DNA of 64,000 nucleotides from Polyangiaceae bacterium. GTDB taxonomy: Bacteria; Myxococcota_A; Polyangia; Polyangiales; Polyangiaceae. Shown one piece after another: positions 1-8,506 of this stretch. The stretch is taken from positions 2,144,001 through 2,208,000 of the forward strand of contig CBDCTZ010000016.1 in the NCBI GenBank assembly GCA_965222375.1, given 5' to 3'. The notes beneath the pieces are model-generated. The model worked only from the letters and a program-made list of their open reading frames with translations, was not told the DNA's origin and ran no database searches. Position 1 is the first letter of the stretch. The number at the start of each line of letters is the position of its first letter. Both the position numbers and the translations under genes were made by a program.

Positions 1-381
1 ACGCACATGACCGCCCCAGAACAGCCCGGGCAGGTAGCGCACGTCGTCGCGTCCGGACGGTCGCATCAAACTTGCTACATCCAGGCCGACGGAAATCCAG
101 CGTCGCTTCTTCGGTGGCGCCGTGAGCTCCACCGGAGCTGGGTACTGATCGCCGGCTTTGGGTTCAGGGGGCGGGGGAGCGACCTTCACTTGATCGTCCC
201 CTTCGGGCAGCTCCTCGGTTTTCTTAGCGTCGTCGGACTTCTTCCCTGGTTTCTTGCCGGCCTTCTTGTCGGGTTTTTTGCTAGCCGTGTCCTTCGCGTC
301 GCCCTTCGGTTGGGCATGCGTCGGCCCGCCGATCCCAAGGGTCGACGCGACAACGATGGCCGCCAACATCCCGTGACGCAC
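1..381 (-). CDS. Secreted/outer-membrane hypothetical protein, runs off the window start
   Basis: Hand-translated from a GTG overlapping the pheT stop (TAGTG): MRHGMLAAIVVASTLGIGGPTHA (signal-like), then a Lys/Pro-rich linker. Open to base 1. Confidence 0.7.
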   Translation of the reverse strand, partial: MRHGMLAAIVVASTLGIGGPTHAQPKGDAKDTASKKPDKKAGKKPGKKSDDAKKTEELPEGDDQVKVAPPPPEPKAGDQYPAPVELTAPPKKRRWISVGLDVASLMRPSGRDDVRYLPGLFWGGHVR

Positions 382-2867
382 TAGGTCCTCAGCTCGGCTC
401 CGAGTTCACTCTGGGCTGCTTGAACGACTTGCTTGTGGCGCTTGTCGACTTCCTTGTCAGTCAGCGTGCGGGCCTTGTCGCTATTGGAAGCCGCTAGGGG
501 ATCCCGGTAGACAATGTGAAAGGCGAGGGAGCGATGCCCCTCGGGCACGGAACCACCCCGAAACAGATCGAAGAGCTCGACGGCTTCGCAGAGATCACCA
601 GCCTGCTGTCGAATCACCCGCTCGACCTCTGCGGCTGCGATATCCTGCCGCACTACAATCGCGAGATCCCGTGTGACTGCCGGCAACCGGGGGATCGGTT
701 TGAAGCGAGGCACCGGCGCCGGCAGGGCTTCTATCGCCGCCAGGTCGATCTCGGTCGCGAATACTTCGCCCAGCAGGTCCAGTCTGTCGCTGACATCCGG
801 GTGCAAAGGACCGAAGTGCCCCACCACCACTTCGTCGATGAGTAGGAAAGCCGCGCCTCGCGGATGCAAATGCGAGGCCTCGTCGCTGCCCTTAGCGGCA
901 GAGGTGGTGACATCTCGACCACTGATTCTGCGGAGCAGCTCCTCGGCTAGCCCCTTGGCGTCCCAGACATCCACGCTTTGGGGCTTGCCCAGGTAGCCGG
1001 GGCGCGGTCCCGCAATGACGACGGCCAGGCTAGGGCGTTCCTCTGGCAGTACCCGTGGATCGCCCTCGAGACGTGGGCGCGCCGCAACGGCTGCGGGGCT
1101 GCCCCGGTCCGGGTTGGGTTTCAAGAAGAGTGAACCCACGCTGAATAGTCGCACGGCGCGCTGTCCATGGCGCTGCGCGCGGCCAACGGCGTCGAGGAGC
1201 CCGGGTAGCAAGCTGGTGCGCATCACGCTGCGCTCCTCGCTCAATGGGTTGAGCAAAGAAACGACCGGCGGCGGCGCGTGCACGGCGGTCAGCTCTTTCT
1301 CGGAGACGAAGCTGTAGGTGACGGCTTCCGAAAGTCCGAGCGCCGTAGCCACGCCAATCACCTGTCGCTCTAGATCGCCAGCGGTGCGCGGCTCCTGCGG
1401 CGCAATGGCGGGCAGCAGCGTCGGGATCTTGTCGAAGCCGTAGCCACGGGCGACCTCCTCGATCAGATCGACTTCCAGCGTGGTGTCGGGCCTCCAACTG
1501 GCGCCGGATAGTTCGGCGACGCCGTCCTCACTACTCGTCTTGGCGAAACCCAGGCGCTGCAGCAGGTTCAGCGCTTGGTCGAAGGGCACTTCGGTGCCCA
1601 AGAGCGCGTCGATGCGACTCTTGCGTAGACGGATCGTCGGGATTGGGATCTTTGGGCCAGACGCCAAGATCTGCCCACGCACGACTTTGCCTCCGGCAAG
1701 CTGCGCGAGCAGGGCTTTGGCGTGCTCCAGCACCAGCGGCACGGCGCCATGATCGACGCCGCGCTCGAAGCGAAAGCTGGCCTCCGTCGACAGACCGTGG
1801 CGACGAGCCGTCCGACGCACTCCTCGCGGCTGGAGGTAGGCGCACTCGAGTAGGACGCGGGTGGTGTCGTCTTTGATTTCGCTGTCGAGGCCGCCCATGA
1901 CCCCTGCCAGAGCGCTGGGTGCCTCGGCGTCGGCAATGACTAGGTCGTCGTCGCTCAGGGTGTGCTTCTCGCCATCGAGAGTCGTGAAGGGTTCCTTGGC
2001 TGCGGCCCGGCGCACGATGATCTTGGCGCCGCCGACCTGGTCTAGATTGAAAGCGTGCAAAGGCTGGCCGAACTGCAAGAGCAGAAGGTTGGTGATGTCG
2101 ACAATGTTGGAAATCGGTCGCACGCCGAGTAGCGAAAGCCGCCAGCGCAGCCACTCTGGAGATGGCCCTACCTGGACGCCTAGGACCACGCCCGCGCCGT
2201 AGATCGGGCAGCGTTCCGTGTCGCGGTTCTCGATTTCGATCAGGTCGTCCAGCTTGTCATCGACGAAACTCGCGATGTCCCCGGGCTGCGGCGGCGAGAA
2301 CGGTAGATCCAGAATCGCGCCTAACTCACGGGCAACGCCGACGTGACCCAGGGCGTCTGGGCGGTTTGGCGTGATGCCCAACTCGAAGATGGTGTCGCGC
2401 GCAGCGGGCAACGCATCGAAGAGCGGACTGCCGGCAGCGAATCGACCCGCATCCAAGACCAGGATCCCCTCGGAGTCCTCGGCCAAGCCGAGCTCGGCTT
2501 CGGAGAGCAACATTCCTTCGCTGAGCACACCGCCCAGCTCTCGAGCCTTGAGCTCACCTACACCGGGTAGCACTGTGCCCAGAGGTGCGAGCACGACCTG
2601 ACCGCCAGGTTGCGGCACGTTGCTTGCCCCACATACGACCGTAACCGTCGCGCCGCCGCGATCCACACTCACGAGCTTGAGCCCCGAACGCTTCGGATGG
2701 GGTTCGATCTTCTGAACGTCAGCAATTACCGCAGGTTCGGCGCCGGCGCCAATGTGCGTGATCGCTTCGACTTCCAGCCCCGCCTGGGTCAAGTGCTCGG
2801 CTATCTGGGCGTGAGGGATCTCCAATCCGGGCAACAGTTCTTTGAGCCAAGTCAGTGAGACGCGCAT
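381..2867 (-). CDS. pheT: Phenylalanine--tRNA ligase beta subunit
   Basis: 828 aa; MRVSLTWLKE, VVCGASNV, ITPNRPD, ASFRFERGVD, DLIEEVARGYG, RTSLLPGLL, C-terminal FDX-ACB (RDLAIVV...RSLAF...TLTD). Confidence 0.97.
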   Translation of the reverse strand: MRVSLTWLKELLPGLEIPHAQIAEHLTQAGLEVEAITHIGAGAEPAVIADVQKIEPHPKRSGLKLVSVDRGGATVTVVCGASNVPQPGGQVVLAPLGTVLPGVGELKARELGGVLSEGMLLSEAELGLAEDSEGILVLDAGRFAAGSPLFDALPAARDTIFELGITPNRPDALGHVGVARELGAILDLPFSPPQPGDIASFVDDKLDDLIEIENRDTERCPIYGAGVVLGVQVGPSPEWLRWRLSLLGVRPISNIVDITNLLLLQFGQPLHAFNLDQVGGAKIIVRRAAAKEPFTTLDGEKHTLSDDDLVIADAEAPSALAGVMGGLDSEIKDDTTRVLLECAYLQPRGVRRTARRHGLSTEASFRFERGVDHGAVPLVLEHAKALLAQLAGGKVVRGQILASGPKIPIPTIRLRKSRIDALLGTEVPFDQALNLLQRLGFAKTSSEDGVAELSGASWRPDTTLEVDLIEEVARGYGFDKIPTLLPAIAPQEPRTAGDLERQVIGVATALGLSEAVTYSFVSEKELTAVHAPPPVVSLLNPLSEERSVMRTSLLPGLLDAVGRAQRHGQRAVRLFSVGSLFLKPNPDRGSPAAVAARPRLEGDPRVLPEERPSLAVVIAGPRPGYLGKPQSVDVWDAKGLAEELLRRISGRDVTTSAAKGSDEASHLHPRGAAFLLIDEVVVGHFGPLHPDVSDRLDLLGEVFATEIDLAAIEALPAPVPRFKPIPRLPAVTRDLAIVVRQDIAAAEVERVIRQQAGDLCEAVELFDLFRGGSVPEGHRSLAFHIVYRDPLAASNSDKARTLTDKEVDKRHKQVVQAAQSELGAELRT

Positions 2868-2952
2868 AGGACAGCCGCGCTTTTACCACGGGCCTGCTCA
2901 GCCGCGCGCGCCCTGTATGGGGTGGCAGAAAAGCCCTATACTTTCTGGTTGA

Positions 2953-3267
2953 ATGCCTGGTCCCTCGCGTGTCGTATCGCTCGTGGGCGGCGCGCTTCTC
3001 GTGGTGGGAGCCTGCGCCTTCAGCGGAGATGTTCCGGAGGCGTTCGGGGAGAAGGGGAGTGTGCTGCGATACTGCCTGCGCTGACTCCTGTGGGAGCTGC
3101 CTGGGCACACTGGCTTGGAGGACGGGATCTGCACACTACCTCGCGCAGACTCGGCTGAAGACGACACGAGCTGCAGCATCACGACGGCTCGTAGCCACGC
3201 TCCCAGGATGCCGAGCTGGCTCGGCATCGGCGCCTTGTTGTTGGTGCTTCGTCGCCGTCAGCGTTAG
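2953..3267 (+). pseudogene. Small lipoprotein/MYXO-CTERM-like ORF interrupted by in-frame TGA (3082-3084), or a frameshifted Cys-rich remnant
   Basis: Lipobox-like LLVVGAC N-terminus and SCSITT...WLGIGALLLVLRRRQR* C-terminus are in the same frame. A typical GVCCDTACADSCGSC motif lies in the +1 frame. Confidence 0.55.
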
Positions 3268-4364
3268 TGCCCAGGCGGCATCTTCATGCCGGGCGGCATC
3301 TTCATGCCGGGCGGAAGGCCGCCACCAGGCCCACCCGGGGGCTTTGGCGCTGCTCCGCCATCCGGGGTTTCGGTCTTCTGAAACTTGGAGGCTTCGCCGA
3401 GCGCCCAGTCTGCGGCCCAGGAACCGATGCTAACGATCTCTTCGGCGTCGGCCTTCTTGGCCCAGCGGCTGGTGCCCTCCGCGGTGGCGCCGACCAGCAA
3501 GGTGCGCTTCGCGCCATCTCCGAGTTCGAACACGATCGTGCCTGCGGGCTCTTCCAATCCCACGTCCGAAAGGCTCTTGCCAACCGCGAAGTCGTCCGCA
3601 TTCAAGCCCTTGTATGCCCGAATGGCGTCTTTCACCTTTGCCTCGTCGAACTTGTCCAGCTTTGTCGCCACCGGCGCCTTTGCCTTCTTGAACTTGGCGC
3701 TCCACTTGTCGCCGTCCTTGGCGAAGGCGAACTGACCGTGTTCGTTGGTGACGGTGATGGTCTTGACCTTGTCCTCCTCGAACTTGAACAAGGTGCGGTC
3801 ACGCCAGTCCTTGATCTGGCGATCGTACAAATAGCTGGAGTAGCCCTTGATGGCGTAGACGCCATCCTTGCCCGCGATGCGCGTCATCTGGCCCCGGGAG
3901 CCGCTCTGGCCGAAGTACATGTCCGCAACGGCCTCTTTGCCCTTGTAGAAGACGGCGTGTAGAGCCTTCTTGTCCGTGACTTCGAACTTCTCGTAGGCGT
4001 CCTTGCCCGGGTCGATCGTCTCTTTGATCTCCAAGCTTTTCAGGTTGTCGAGCAGAGACTTGACGTTGGTGTCATTGGCGGCCGCCTCGACCGGCGCCAT
4101 CACGTTCCACTTGTCGCCCTTCTTTTCCAGAGTGACCGCCGTGCCGGCGCCACCTTCTTTGGGCGGGGTTGAAATCGTGATCTTGTTGACCGCCTTGGTT
4201 TGCTCCTCGCCGATCCCGAGCTTGGGAAGCTCCGCTTGGCGAGACTCCGCCGTATAGCCCTTGAGCTCTTCTTTCTTTTTCTTGGTCTGCAGGTAGTAGA
4301 CGCCGCCGAGGCCAACGAGCAGGACAACGGCGATGCCCAACTTCTTATCCATGGGAACAGCCAT
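3264..4364 (-). CDS. DUF4340-like membrane-anchored accessory protein of the ABC operon
   Basis: N-terminal TM (LGIAVVLLVGLGGVYYL), WRDRTLF motif, last gene of the GldA/F/G-like operon; start taken at the ATG just after the upstream stop. Confidence 0.75.
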   Translation of the reverse strand: MAVPMDKKLGIAVVLLVGLGGVYYLQTKKKKEELKGYTAESRQAELPKLGIGEEQTKAVNKITISTPPKEGGAGTAVTLEKKGDKWNVMAPVEAAANDTNVKSLLDNLKSLEIKETIDPGKDAYEKFEVTDKKALHAVFYKGKEAVADMYFGQSGSRGQMTRIAGKDGVYAIKGYSSYLYDRQIKDWRDRTLFKFEEDKVKTITVTNEHGQFAFAKDGDKWSAKFKKAKAPVATKLDKFDEAKVKDAIRAYKGLNADDFAVGKSLSDVGLEEPAGTIVFELGDGAKRTLLVGATAEGTSRWAKKADAEEIVSIGSWAADWALGEASKFQKTETPDGGAAPKPPGGPGGGLPPGMKMPPGMKMPPGH

Positions 4365-4366
4365 GA

Positions 4367-6211
4367 TCACACCTTGTGGGAGAGCTTCTTGTTCTGGCGA
4401 TAGCGCCAACGTCCAAACCCGAACAGGCCGAAGAGCAGAGGCATGCCCAGGGTCAATGACCACTGAACTTGCTTCTGCAAGCCCTTGCGTTTTTCGCGGT
4501 ACTCCTCGTCCTTCTTGCGAATGGCCGCTTCGTCGTCTTCGGCAGCGATGCTGGGCTTGGAAATGCTGGAGTAGGTCAGGTTGGGATCACCCATGATCTT
4601 CGCGCTGGCAGCGAGCAGGTCCGCGTCGCCGCTGATCCAATCGAGGGTGTTCTTAACGCTCAAGATCGTGTTGGTCAGGTAGCGTTGCGCATAGGGTTGG
4701 GCGATCATCTGCAGTTGCGGGTCACCGCCGACGTTGCCCATCATTGCGAACTGGCCACCCAGCTCTGGGCCGTTGCCGGCGAACGCGAAGGGGTTCGTCA
4801 CGAACAGTCCGGAAGCCACGACCAGAACCCGGGACGGCTCTGGCGCTTGGGCTGGCACCGTGACGTCGTCACCGGTGCCCATGGAGGCTTTCAGTTTGCC
4901 TTCGGCAACGGCTGCGATGATGTGCTGGCCGTAGGGCGGAGACGGCTTCCACTCCGCCTGGAGCTTCATGTCGACGTTGTCACCCTCGATTACGCTCGCC
5001 GCCGGTGTGGTGCGAGCCACGGCGCTGATCTTGACGTCTTCGCCTTGCTTGTCCTTCAGCAACTCGATGCTGGAGGGGAAGGGGAATGCCACTTCGTCCA
5101 TTCGGAAGAAGCCAGCAAAGCTGTTGTCGAGCAGCTTCTCGTCGTCGTCATCAAAGCGTGGGTCATTGATCACATGGGCGATGCCCGGGTGGCGAATCGA
5201 AGAAACGCCGCCGGTTTGAGTCATGATCGGCAGCCGGAACTGCGCGCCGTGATCCATCACGGCGTTCTTTTTCACGCCGAAACCGTAGCCCTCGAGCAGC
5301 TTGTCCAAGCCGTGCCAGGAAAGCGTGGCGTTCATGCTCGGGTCTTGTGGTTTGAGGGTCACAGCCGAGGCCCAGACCACCAGCGCCTTGTTACCCCGCA
5401 TCAGGAACTCGTCGATGCGCCGCAGCTCCTTGTCGACGTAGTCCTTGCGCGGCTGGGTGATGATCACGCCGTCCAGGTCCTTGTCGATGGCGGTTGCGCC
5501 GTCCTTTAGATCCACTTCTTCGAGGGAGTAGAAGGGGAACGCCTGCTCCAGGATGCTCTTGATACTCGGAGCGCCACCACGCCCCTGCTTCGGGATCAGG
5601 TTTCCATCTGAGAGCTTGAGTTCATCCTTGCCGGTGATGACGCCGACCCGGTGCTTGATGTTTTCGCTCTTGTCACGGACTTCTCGGATCTTGTTCGTGA
5701 CCCAGAACTCGAGGCCTTCGGCCCGGTTTGGCGCCAACTGCGGGATCACGCCCTTTTCGCTGCCGTACTTGAGCACGAGGCCCATGTAGCCTTGGGCGAT
5801 GGAGGCCTGATCGTTACCCGTTTGGCTGGTTTCGCCGAAGGCCATCTCCTGCAATCCAGCTTCCTTGGCCGCCGCACGCTCCTCGTCACTCTTGGCTTCG
5901 ATCAGAGTGAACTTGAACTTACCTTCGCCGGCGCGCTCGTACTCCTTCAGCAGGTCCGTCAAGTCCTGCACGAAGGTATCCAGCTGTGCAAGGCCGCGTG
6001 TCACGTACACGTCGACTTCGATGGGTGAATTGAGGTTCTTCACCAAGCGGGCGCTGCCCTGCGAAAGGGTGAAGCGCTCGGACTTGGTGACGTCTATGCG
6101 CCCGTACCAGCCGAACGCGATCACGTTGGCCATGACGGCGATGCCGGCCAGGATCAGCAGGTAGAACCCGGTTTGGGTAGCGGCTTTGCGTTTTTGATCT
6201 TGGGTTGCCAT
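4367..6211 (-). CDS. GldG-like ABC transporter auxiliary component
   Basis: RIDVTKSERFTLS, IDEFLMRG, KNTLDWI motifs; N- and C-terminal TM helices. Confidence 0.85.
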   Translation of the reverse strand: MATQDQKRKAATQTGFYLLILAGIAVMANVIAFGWYGRIDVTKSERFTLSQGSARLVKNLNSPIEVDVYVTRGLAQLDTFVQDLTDLLKEYERAGEGKFKFTLIEAKSDEERAAAKEAGLQEMAFGETSQTGNDQASIAQGYMGLVLKYGSEKGVIPQLAPNRAEGLEFWVTNKIREVRDKSENIKHRVGVITGKDELKLSDGNLIPKQGRGGAPSIKSILEQAFPFYSLEEVDLKDGATAIDKDLDGVIITQPRKDYVDKELRRIDEFLMRGNKALVVWASAVTLKPQDPSMNATLSWHGLDKLLEGYGFGVKKNAVMDHGAQFRLPIMTQTGGVSSIRHPGIAHVINDPRFDDDDEKLLDNSFAGFFRMDEVAFPFPSSIELLKDKQGEDVKISAVARTTPAASVIEGDNVDMKLQAEWKPSPPYGQHIIAAVAEGKLKASMGTGDDVTVPAQAPEPSRVLVVASGLFVTNPFAFAGNGPELGGQFAMMGNVGGDPQLQMIAQPYAQRYLTNTILSVKNTLDWISGDADLLAASAKIMGDPNLTYSSISKPSIAAEDDEAAIRKKDEEYREKRKGLQKQVQWSLTLGMPLLFGLFGFGRWRYRQNKKLSHKV

Positions 6212-6214
6212 GTC

Positions 6215-6949
6215 TCAAGCCCACTTGCGCCGTTCAAGCGCCCGGAAAGCGATTGCTAAAGCGACGACGGTCACGCTCAAGAAGAACACGACGTCGCGGG
6301 TGTCGATCAGGCCCCGCGCGAAGCCTGCGAAGTGTTTTTGGAAGCTGACGTAGGTCAGCACCGTTCCGAGCAGCCCCTTCACGCCGTCTGCCGCGTAGCC
6401 CATGAGCCACAGGGCAACGAGAACGAAGAAGGTCACGAAGAACGCAATTGACTGGCTCTCAGTCATCGAACTCACCAAGAGTCCGATGGCGGTGGCGCAT
6501 GCCGCAAAAAGCACCAAGCCCAAGTAGCCGGACATAATCGGACCCATGTCCAAGGGGCCGAGATGCCAGGGAAATCGGAACATTGCGAGGGGGTAGGCTG
6601 CCGTGGAAATGACGAGCACCAGGACCAGCCCCAAGGCGCCCAGGTACTTGCCTAGAATCACATCGCTGTCCCTAACGGGCAGAGTGATCAGCATTTCCAA
6701 GGTGCCGCTGCGACGCTCTTCGGCCAAGAGCCGCATGGTCACGACGGGTACGACCAAAGCCGAGAGCCCCAAGGGGGCGTACTCGAACATGGATTGCAGG
6801 CTGGCCTTGTCCGCCTGCCAGAAGCCGCCTCGGTACATGAAGAACATCAAGCCGAGCGCCAAGAAGCTCAGGCAGATGACCACATAGGCCAGGGGTGAAT
6901 CGAAGTAGGAGCGAAACTCCCGACGCGCAATTGTCAACATAGGTGACAT
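6215..6949 (-). CDS. GldF-like ABC-2 type permease
   Basis: IARREFRSYFDSPLAY, TMRLLAEERRSGTLEMLITLP, GKYLG, RGLIDTRD. Confidence 0.9.
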   Translation of the reverse strand: MSPMLTIARREFRSYFDSPLAYVVICLSFLALGLMFFMYRGGFWQADKASLQSMFEYAPLGLSALVVPVVTMRLLAEERRSGTLEMLITLPVRDSDVILGKYLGALGLVLVLVISTAAYPLAMFRFPWHLGPLDMGPIMSGYLGLVLFAACATAIGLLVSSMTESQSIAFFVTFFVLVALWLMGYAADGVKGLLGTVLTYVSFQKHFAGFARGLIDTRDVVFFLSVTVVALAIAFRALERRKWA

Positions 6950-6952
6950 GGC

Positions 6953-8107
6953 TCAGTCCTCATCCTCGTCGTCATCGTTGTCATCGTCGTCATCGTCATC
7001 GTCACTCGAGTCGCTCGAGTCGCCGGGATCTGATTCCCGCTCCTCGTCGTCGTCGTCATCACTGTCGTCGTCGTAGGGCTCGTCGTCGTCAAAATCCTCG
7101 TCCTCGTCCCACTCCTCTCCGCGGTCGAGGCGCTCGTCCCCGCGAGTCAGATCCCGGAACACCGCATCCAGGCTCTGCGCCTCGCGGCGTAGCTCGAGCA
7201 GGATCCAGCCCTTGTTGACCATCAGCCCATAGAGTTCTCGCCGCAGATCCGAGTCCTTGTCGCCCGAAACCTCGAATTTGTGAGCCGTCTCGTCCGTGGG
7301 CAATTCGCGAATGCCCCGCCCGCCTTCGATGGCACGAAGCGCTTCTTCGGCTTCCGACACGGACGGTGCGCCACCGTTTTGCAGCGTGTTTTTCTCGTCA
7401 ATGGTGACGATGTAGCGAACCGCGCCCGTCTTGGCGCGGATGTCGTCGAGCTGGCCGTCCGCAACGATTCGCCCCTTGCTCACGATGATGGCGCGAGCAC
7501 AGGCTTCTTCCACCTCGGCCAGGTTGTGGGTCGACAGCAGGATGGTGCGGTCCTTGCCGATTTCCTTGATGTAGCGAATGACCTCAGCCTTCTCGTTCGG
7601 ATCGAGATCACTCGTCGGCTCGTCCAAGATGAGGATCGGCGGGTCGTGCATCAGCGCCTGCCCCAAGCCAACGCGCTGGCGGAAGCCGTGGGACAGGGTG
7701 CCAATGTCCTTGCCCAGGGATTGAGCCAGACCGCAGACCTCCACCACCTTCTTCAGTCGCTTCTTGAAGTCACTCTCATCCAGGCCGCGCACTGTCGCCG
7801 TGAACTTCAGGTACTCGAACACGTTCATGTCCGTGTACAGCGGCGCTCGCTGCGGCAGGTAGCCGATGGACTGACGCACCGCGAGCGGCTCGTCGAATAC
7901 GTCGAAGCCCTTGACGTTCGCCGACCCCGCAGTGGGCGAGATGAAGCAGGTCAAGATCCGCATCGTGGTGGACTTGCCGGCGCCATTGGGCCCGAGAAAG
8001 CCAACCACTTCCCCCTTCTTCACCTCGAAGCTGACCTTATCTAGCGCCCTCACGGTCCCGAAGCGTTTGCTCAGGCCGCTGGCGGCAATCATCACATCCG
8101 TTCCCAT
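6953..8107 (-). CDS. GldA-like ABC transporter ATP-binding protein with acidic C-terminal tail
   Basis: Walker A GPNGAGKST, signature LSHGFRQR, Walker B ILILDEPT, H-loop STH. Confidence 0.95.
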   Translation of the reverse strand: MGTDVMIAASGLSKRFGTVRALDKVSFEVKKGEVVGFLGPNGAGKSTTMRILTCFISPTAGSANVKGFDVFDEPLAVRQSIGYLPQRAPLYTDMNVFEYLKFTATVRGLDESDFKKRLKKVVEVCGLAQSLGKDIGTLSHGFRQRVGLGQALMHDPPILILDEPTSDLDPNEKAEVIRYIKEIGKDRTILLSTHNLAEVEEACARAIIVSKGRIVADGQLDDIRAKTGAVRYIVTIDEKNTLQNGGAPSVSEAEEALRAIEGGRGIRELPTDETAHKFEVSGDKDSDLRRELYGLMVNKGWILLELRREAQSLDAVFRDLTRGDERLDRGEEWDEDEDFDDDEPYDDDSDDDDDEERESDPGDSSDSSDDDDDDDDNDDDEDED

Positions 8108-8506
8108 CGAAACTCCTCGAACCGAAGACCCGGCCTCCGGTGTGCATCCTCACAAGCAGTCAAAAAAAAGCGCGGTCTGACCACGCCGTGGTGCTCGGGC
8201 GCGGCATCCTATCGGCGCCGCATCTCAAGTCAACACAACGTCGCACCCGAGTCTGACGCCTCAAAAACAGCTGGTTTGCAAAGTTATTCCCGTGCTCGAA
8301 GCGCTTTGATTCAACTCCATGCCAGGTCCGGCCAGTTGGGCGATCCTGCTGCATAAGCATTGGATTTTATTGTGTTTTGGATGGGGTCGCGTCCCTGGTC
8401 CGCCAGGATGCCCTACTCTCGACTTGGTTCAACAAGTGCGCGGAGCGCCCGGGCCCACGCCTTCGGCTCTCGGGGTGGGCTCGAGCCGAACCCCAGTGCG
8501 CTGGGT

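Noticed and set aside
7..384. 125-aa plus-strand ORF
   Set aside because: Antisense to a better minus-strand frame coupled to pheT
2917..2926. ATGGGGTGGC identical to the IS inverted repeat
   Set aside because: A single GC-rich 10-mer is plausible by chance in 64 kb; no partner IR, core or transposase remnant nearby
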